A stretch of 64,000 nucleotides of DNA, taken from the IMG/VR virus record IMGVR_UViG_3300030673_000004, positions 310,001 to 374,000 of that record. One strand, written 5' to 3'. Positions 59,135-64,000 of this stretch are shown piece after piece. Within the stretch, counting starts at the first letter, position 1. Every line of letters begins with the position of its first letter. The position numbers and the translations under genes are program-made. The notes under the pieces are model-generated. The model ran no database searches, was not told the DNA's origin, and was given only the letters and a program-made list of their open reading frames with translations.

Positions 59135-60187
59135 ATGCCTGAAGATCCTCTAGACCAAGTCTTTGACCAGCTACGAGCACAGAGTCAAAAGACTAAATAC
59201 GTAAAGAGCTACTCGGAAAACGATGTACACGATATGCTCATGCTGCTACACCAGCATGGACTTACACACGAGTTCCGCACAGATGTTCAAGAAATCCGGT
59301 GCCCCTGCCCTTTCCACAAAAACCACGGCAGTCCTACTTTATGGATTAACTTTGGGACAGCGGAAGATCTACCATTCGGTGCGTTCAAATGCTTCAGTTG
59401 TGGTCAGTCCGGATTATGGAGTAAACTAGAACGTAAGATCACGGGCCAGAACTCCATAGGCACAACAAGTGTCTATGATGAAGCCGAGATGCTACCCAGC
59501 ATCCAACTACACAAAACTAAAGACATCTATAGACCACCACCAATCCTATTTGACCTAGAGGATGGTTTTGTATGGGAACACCCAGATGGAGATTTCTCGG
59601 GAGAGTTCTTATCAGGATTAGGATCAAAATTAGCTATGCGCACATGGGTTGAGCGATCCGTCCGACAACAGTTCTCAGAGCTCCGTCTATGGCTCCCTGT
59701 GTTTGATGGTGAGATGCTAGAGGGAGACATCATGGCAGCCTTAGAGAGGCCCGCAGAAGATGCAGAGGAGTTCATTAAAAAGGGATTCAAAAAGTATATA
59801 AATTCAGCGTCCCTAGAGGCCAAAGATACTTTGTGGCCTATGAGGGAAGTAGTTCGGCGCTTCGGAACTAGTTATGTTGTTCTCGTAGAGGGTCCAGCAG
59901 ACGCTTTACGTTTGATATTAAATGGAGTTCCTGCCCTAGCATGTTTAGGCACAGGCACGTGGTCTAAGTCAAAAGCGGAGCGCGTCTACTACGTCTTCGA
60001 TAAAATCATAACATGTTTTGATGGTGATGACGCAGGACGAACTCTAACAAAAACAGTGATTCAATCTCTATATAGTAGATTAGAAGAAAAGCTAATTCCA
60101 GTGTGGCTCCCTGATTCATTTGATCCAGGTAAATTCACATCGCAAGACTGCTCTTGGTTAGCTAAAAAAGCACAATTAACGACTTAA
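59135..60187 (+). CDS. DNA primase (CHC2 zinc finger + TOPRIM, DnaG-like)
   Basis: Zinc finger CPCPFH...FKCFSCG; TOPRIM VLVEGPADAL and CFDGDDAG. Confidence 0.9.
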   Translation: MPEDPLDQVFDQLRAQSQKTKYVKSYSENDVHDMLMLLHQHGLTHEFRTDVQEIRCPCPFHKNHGSPTLWINFGTAEDLPFGAFKCFSCGQSGLWSKLERKITGQNSIGTTSVYDEAEMLPSIQLHKTKDIYRPPPILFDLEDGFVWEHPDGDFSGEFLSGLGSKLAMRTWVERSVRQQFSELRLWLPVFDGEMLEGDIMAALERPAEDAEEFIKKGFKKYINSASLEAKDTLWPMREVVRRFGTSYVVLVEGPADALRLILNGVPALACLGTGTWSKSKAERVYYVFDKIITCFDGDDAGRTLTKTVIQSLYSRLEEKLIPVWLPDSFDPGKFTSQDCSWLAKKAQLTT

Positions 60188-60198
60188 AGGATAGAATC

Positions 60199-60360
60199 AT
60201 GGATCAGTTTAATGAAGTAGTAGGACAACCACTTGACTCTAAAGTTGTGATTGATCCTGAAGATATTGCCCGAAGACTACGCCAGGGTGCCCTTGAGAAC
60301 GAAGCAACGGCATCAACCATCATCTATGGTGATCCTGCTGAAGAAGAGAAAGCTATCTAG
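60199..60360 (+). CDS. Small acidic hypothetical protein (53 aa, not in the ORF track)
   Basis: SD AAGGA, ATG 60199, MDQFNEVVGQPLDSK...EEEKAI-stop. It fills the gap between the primase and the next gene. Confidence 0.6.
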   Translation: MDQFNEVVGQPLDSKVVIDPEDIARRLRQGALENEATASTIIYGDPAEEEKAI

Positions 60361-60375
60361 TCTAAGGAATTGAGC

Positions 60376-60597
60376 ATGAATGCTATAAAACAAATGCTCA
60401 CAGATCCGGACAACATAACCCATAATGTCCTCAAACATGGTGTGTTCTGGGGATTTATTGCTATTATTGGTATGCAAGTCTATTCTATCACACAAGGACA
60501 AGCATTTAACCCAATTTCTTTTGGGGTAGCTATTGGTGCCATTCTTGGTGGTGGTGGCTTAGGCATAGGTGCAGAGGCTAAAGGTATTCAAAAATAA
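60376..60597 (+). CDS. Small two-TM membrane protein (holin-like)
   Basis: Hydrophobic segments GVFWGFIAIIGMQVYSI and FGVAIGAILGGGGLGIG. SD AAGGA. Confidence 0.55.
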   Translation: MNAIKQMLTDPDNITHNVLKHGVFWGFIAIIGMQVYSITQGQAFNPISFGVAIGAILGGGGLGIGAEAKGIQK

Positions 60598-60671
60598 AAA
60601 GCTGCTCAAACAAAGCATCTGTGGTCGAAATAAACAAAAACCACGTCAGCGCAAGAGAGTTTGAGCAGCTT
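60597..60671 (-). terminator. Long-stem putative terminator at the convergence of the two transcription directions
   Basis: 13-bp inverted repeat aagctgctcaaac / gtttgagcagctt enclosing an internal hairpin. U-rich run on the minus strand. Confidence 0.45.
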
Positions 60672-60737
60672 GCATAGGCATAGATCCAGCAGGTAGCGTT
60701 CCCCAATGGTACCTGCATCTAATGGGATCCATGTATG

Positions 60738-61427
60738 CTAGTCTAGCAGATGCTGAAGATTACGACGCTGGATCTCAGGGATAATCTCCTGCTGAATTTC
60801 CTTCCGTGAGCAACTACGCCTATGAGCTGCGTAAACATTAACAAACTCGCGGTCCCGCCCAGTACGAGAAAAAGCAGAGTCATCAGATGGCAGAAAAGAA
60901 GAACCTGGATTGAAGGAAAGACGAAACCACAAGCCATTGCGCCTTTCCCATGCTTCGGGCAAAGATGCATGTGACCAGTCGGACTTAGGAACAGGAACCA
61001 GCGATATCCGGGACCGAACATCGGAATGATGATTTTCACAGGTGCGCATCTGCAATACACCGAAAGCATCAACATAGAAATCCCGCCGCCAAGGACTATG
61101 TTGGGTACGCTCAACATCGGATACAAACCAGTTCTTGTAAATCCGCTTCGCTTCATCCACCCAACGATCAGACAGCCCCGTGCAAAAGATATGCAGAAAC
61201 TCGGAGTAAACAGCATTCGCAGCATGACCAACATGGGCCACCAGAAACTGCTCCAGCTTGTTGTACAGCGTGACACATGCATCCTCATCCCAGCTATGGC
61301 GAGAAACCTTATGAAGGCTCTCACGCGACGGGAGTTCTTCTAACGTACCCTGATTGCGAAAAGTACGCTTCACCTTAACAGTGTCACGAAATTTCTTATG
61401 AGTTGTTTCAATCCAAGTATGGGACAT
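60738..61427 (-). CDS. Hypothetical protein
   Basis: SD AAAGGA. The pattern ELP.RE...FL...VG....VYSE...FYV...G.L...W...NG.W resembles a conserved hypothetical family (not verified). Confidence 0.7.
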   Translation of the reverse strand: MSHTWIETTHKKFRDTVKVKRTFRNQGTLEELPSRESLHKVSRHSWDEDACVTLYNKLEQFLVAHVGHAANAVYSEFLHIFCTGLSDRWVDEAKRIYKNWFVSDVERTQHSPWRRDFYVDAFGVLQMRTCENHHSDVRSRISLVPVPKSDWSHASLPEAWERRNGLWFRLSFNPGSSFLPSDDSAFSRTGRDREFVNVYAAHRRSCSRKEIQQEIIPEIQRRNLQHLLD

Positions 61428-61442
61428 GGAAATTCCTTTTAT

Positions 61443-61625
61443 TTAGATATCGAAATTAAATTCAGACCTAAGCAAATCAAATGAATTAACAATATCATCC
61501 ATCCCGCACTCCCCGGTATAAATCTCCAAAGAAGCCCCATGATCAGCCAAGAACTGCTTGAAATCCTTGAAATCCTTTCGGAAATCTTCCTGTTCTTGAA
61601 GAATCTGTTTCTGATTCGTAGCCAT
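61443..61625 (-). CDS. Small acidic early-type protein (60 aa)
   Basis: Start moved to ATG 61625 (SD AAGGAG at 61634-61639), immediately downstream of a promoter. Confidence 0.7.
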   Translation of the reverse strand: MATNQKQILQEQEDFRKDFKDFKQFLADHGASLEIYTGECGMDDIVNSFDLLRSEFNFDI

Positions 61626-61639
61626 TAGAGTAACTCCTT

Positions 61640-61686
61640 GTTGAGGTGACAAGAACAAATATACATTAATTTTGTACTCTTGTCAA
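61640..61686 (-). promoter_or_regulatory. Early-type sigma70 promoter TTGACA-N17-TATATT with a conserved leader box
   Basis: -35 at 61681-86 and -10 at 61658-63. 37 bp (61640-61676) are identical to 62603-62639. 8-bp inverted repeat TGACAAGA/TCTTGTCA. Confidence 0.85.
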
Positions 61687-61692
61687 GGACAA

Positions 61693-61980
61693 TTAATAAC
61701 CGAGTTCTTCATTGGCAATAGCCAACTGCGCAGCTAGATGAGCCGACTTATATCCGTCAGCCAGCTTCACCAACTTACAGTGTGTTCCATCACGGAATAC
61801 AGTATGTTCACGCACGCCACTAACGACAACGCCATCGACAGGATGAACAGGATCAACAAGAACAAAGCCTGGCGTTTCCTTACTGTATCCGGACACGTCT
61901 GTAAGGATCTTGGACACTACACCAAGACGGCCATAGCACTCGGACCAAACCAAGTCACCTTCATTAATTTGTGCTAACAT
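61693..61980 (-). CDS. Hypothetical protein
   Basis: SD AAAGGA upstream. Confidence 0.65.
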   Translation of the reverse strand: MLAQINEGDLVWSECYGRLGVVSKILTDVSGYSKETPGFVLVDPVHPVDGVVVSGVREHTVFRDGTHCKLVKLADGYKSAHLAAQLAIANEELGY

Positions 61981-62006
61981 GATGTTCCTTTCTATTTAGC
62001 TTAAGA

Positions 62007-62588
62007 TTAAGCAGCCTTAGACACCGAAGAGCAACGCTTGTCCAAATTGCGGATGTACACCTCAATCATAGCAAGAAACTCTCGGCTGTAAATAGAATCA
62101 AATTCCAAGTGAAATGCCTCAATAGCACGCTCAAACAACTCACGATACTTATTAGCGGACATTCCCGCATACTTAGCCAGGTTACCAACCTGACCAACAA
62201 AATAGTTGCTCATACCATACTCACCAACAAGAATATTCGTGCTGAAATCACCCAAGTCACAATCTAAAGGATTGCGCTTCTGAGAGGCGTGCTGTACAAA
62301 AATGTCACGATCAGAACCCTGGGCATACACAGAAGCCACAGAATGTAAGTCAATCTGACAGTCAACACTACGACCCTCAGCATCAACCAAAAGCAGCATT
62401 GAGCTGATACGAGGTTCGGCCTTAATCACAGAAACGCGAGTCAGATCAAAGTAGATGCCGCCGTGCATATGGTTAATGTGAGACATCTTTACAAAGATAT
62501 GCTTATCGCCTGTAAGGCTCTCCCCATCACGAGTGCTCAAGGCGAAAATGTTCTTGCGATCCGTAGCAAAAAGAGTTCCTGCCTTCAT
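62007..62588 (-). CDS. Hypothetical early-type protein
   Basis: SD GUAAGGA directly after the 62621-62649 promoter. Confidence 0.7.
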   Translation of the reverse strand: MKAGTLFATDRKNIFALSTRDGESLTGDKHIFVKMSHINHMHGGIYFDLTRVSVIKAEPRISSMLLLVDAEGRSVDCQIDLHSVASVYAQGSDRDIFVQHASQKRNPLDCDLGDFSTNILVGEYGMSNYFVGQVGNLAKYAGMSANKYRELFERAIEAFHLEFDSIYSREFLAMIEVYIRNLDKRCSSVSKAA

Positions 62589-62602
62589 TAATGATCCTTA
62601 CT

Positions 62603-62649
62603 GTTGAGGTGACAAGAACAAATATACATTAATTTTGTATGCTTGTCAA
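62603..62649 (-). promoter_or_regulatory. Early-type sigma70 promoter TTGACA-N17-TATATT with a conserved leader box
   Basis: -35 at 62644-49 and -10 at 62621-26. Near-identical to 61640-61686. Confidence 0.85.
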
Positions 62650-62664
62650 CAAGAAGATTCTAAA

Positions 62665-63144
62665 TTAAAACTTAGGTACCTTCTCAGCTAAATTGGAATT
62701 ATAGTAACGAGGATCTCCTGTCACCTCAGCACCTAGCCATGTGGGGATATTTACAAACGTATCTGCTGATGGTAGCTCCACTTCGGCAAGGACCAAACCA
62801 GCGAGATGCCCAAGAAACACATCAACTTCAAACAAATGTCCCTTATATTTAATACCATACCTATCTTTAATTATCAATCCGGAACAGTACCCGTTAAGCA
62901 TCTCCTGAGCGTCCCCCAAAGGGATCTCATACTCAAATTCGTGCCCAGACATACCGTCGAGCTTGGGTCCTTTAAGCGTGATATAAGCATGAGCTGTACT
63001 ATCAGCTAACTGGATAGTCCGAATACGTATAGTCATCTTATCAGAACTGCGATAAATGTATGCCTGTGTAATCCTCTCAGGTACGCAGTGAGACAGTACC
63101 TGGGTGTCTCCCATTAAGAACTTGCGCTCTGTTTCAATAGCCAT
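62665..63144 (-). CDS. CYTH-domain triphosphate tunnel metalloenzyme
   Basis: Motifs MAIETERKFL (ExExK), IRIR, TLKG, EFEYEIP, K.RY, FEVDVF, LAEVE and W.G.EVT.DPRY.N. Start at ATG 63144 (ATGA overlap). Confidence 0.9.
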   Translation of the reverse strand: MAIETERKFLMGDTQVLSHCVPERITQAYIYRSSDKMTIRIRTIQLADSTAHAYITLKGPKLDGMSGHEFEYEIPLGDAQEMLNGYCSGLIIKDRYGIKYKGHLFEVDVFLGHLAGLVLAEVELPSADTFVNIPTWLGAEVTGDPRYYNSNLAEKVPKF

Positions 63145-63569
63145 CAATGCTGCCTCTGTGTTGGTTCTCGTGGTATATCGGCACGTAACGTATTCCAAAA
63201 GATGTCGCAGTTAATTACGTCATCCGCACCAATACCTGCAGGATGTTTCTTGCACGTATGAACTACGAAACCATTATCTCTTAGAATAGCACACAAAGTA
63301 TCACAAAAGACACCAGATTTAAGTTCTATGGTACTACGAGTTAAACCTATGCGAGCATTCTCCCTGATAGCTTCCCGAAGCGTACAGCTCCAGTACTGCT
63401 GAGCACGGCACTTTTCCTGACTTTGCCAAACAGCAACATCAGCAGCACACCGATCAGCAAAAGAACAGGTATCTTGTAAGCGAGCACGCTTACGAAGTAC
63501 GTGCGCTAAGTAAATGATAAAAAATACTGCAGCTATAGCACCAAGAACAGCAGATTGATTAGAAAGCAT
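63144..63569 (-). CDS. Hypothetical protein with an N-terminal transmembrane anchor
   Basis: Hydrophobic segment SAVLGAIAAVFFIIYLAHVL. Confidence 0.65.
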   Translation of the reverse strand: MLSNQSAVLGAIAAVFFIIYLAHVLRKRARLQDTCSFADRCAADVAVWQSQEKCRAQQYWSCTLREAIRENARIGLTRSTIELKSGVFCDTLCAILRDNGFVVHTCKKHPAGIGADDVINCDIFWNTLRADIPREPTQRQH

Positions 63570-63579
63570 TTTAGTATCC

Positions 63580-63786
63580 TTAGCTTATGCGAGGCAGCAT
63601 TTCCCAAAAGGCCAGCCCATCAGATGTTTTGGAGAATGAAAAGTTCATAGGAGCTTCAAAGGATCGAGCATCTGATACATCCAAGCACCGTATGGTAAGC
63701 TCGTCAAAGTATGAAGGATCCGAAAACTTCTCCCAACGACGACCACGACCATCAATAGTGGTCTCTGGTGCATATTCTCTAGACAT
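63580..63786 (-). CDS. Small hypothetical protein (68 aa)
   Basis: Likely start ATG 63786 (SD AAGGA): MSREYAPETTIDGRGRRW... Confidence 0.6.
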   Translation of the reverse strand: MSREYAPETTIDGRGRRWEKFSDPSYFDELTIRCLDVSDARSFEAPMNFSFSKTSDGLAFWEMLPRIS

Positions 63787-64000
63787 TAGGCGTAGCATCC
63801 TTCGCAAGAGTAGCTTCAATAACAGCCAACAAGTCTCCCAAGGTTTTGACCTTGATGGTAGTAGTATCAAAAGTTACATCTAGACTAGATTTACCCATAT
63901 CATTTTCCCAATGAAACCAATCAAGCCATTTACTATTGTCACCAACAAGCGTAGAAATACTTTCAGTATAGGCTACGAGTAAATCAGTTATTTTCTCATA
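63779..64000 (-). CDS. Hypothetical protein, 5'-truncated by the window edge
   Basis: Open frame YEKITDLL...WLDWFHWENDMGK...ATPNV-stop; not in the ORF track. Confidence 0.6.
   Translation of the reverse strand, partial: YEKITDLLVAYTESISTLVGDNSKWLDWFHWENDMGKSSLDVTFDTTTIKVKTLGDLLAVIEATLAKDATPNV

Noticed and set aside
665-59823. Numerous short antisense or nested ORFs in the six-frame track
   Set aside because: They lie inside long, motif-bearing + strand genes, lack SDs and have no recognisable motifs. They are treated as shadow ORFs.
60672-60740. Twister or HDV-like ribozyme
   Set aside because: The pseudoknot partners and conserved junction nucleotides could not be placed.
60743-61343. Alternative ORFs 60743..61324 (-) and 61026..61343 (+)
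   Set aside because: They overlap 60738..61427, which has an SD and a more protein-like conserved pattern.
1-64000. CRISPR array or stop-codon reassignment
   Set aside because: No regularly spaced direct repeats were noticed. Long ORFs end normally at TAA, TGA and TAG under code 11.

Overview
This is a segment of a large (jumbo-type) contractile-tailed bacteriophage genome. It is gene-dense, roughly 40% GC by eye, uses standard code 11, and has AAGGA-type Shine-Dalgarno sites and sigma70-like promoters. Positions 1-60.6 kb are almost all + strand. They encode a GGCT-domain protein and an amidoligase, a baseplate J / wedge / tail-collar / tail-fibre block, a tandem two-domain GT2 glycosyltransferase, Dps, and several very large Thr/Ser-rich virion proteins. 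They also encode an ~18 kb array of fibre/adhesin genes built from about 22 chitobiase/beta-hexosaminidase C-terminal (CHB_HEX_C_1/Fn3-associated) repeats plus beta-propellers, a DUF2829/Tad2-like protein, a 1871-aa SNF2 helicase, a paralogous tube-initiator-like pair and a DnaG-type primase. From 60.7 kb to the end is a minus-strand block of small early-type genes, including a CYTH triphosphatase, driven by near-identical TTGACA-N17-TATATT promoters. The most notable signals are non-coding. (i) A ~157-nt structured small RNA gene on the minus strand (45105-45261) has its own near-consensus sigma70 promoter (TTGACA-N17-TATATT) and a terminator. It carries two collinear segments complementary to the 5' leader and Shine-Dalgarno region of the early-type transcripts at 61.6 and 62.6 kb, which makes it a candidate trans-acting antisense regulator. 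(ii) A 76-nt tRNA-like element (59009-59084, minus) has its own promoter, no D-arm and an enlarged variable region. (iii) A promoter-leader-terminator arrangement sits in front of the GGCT/amidoligase genes. All protein family calls come from motif recognition by eye; no searches were run.
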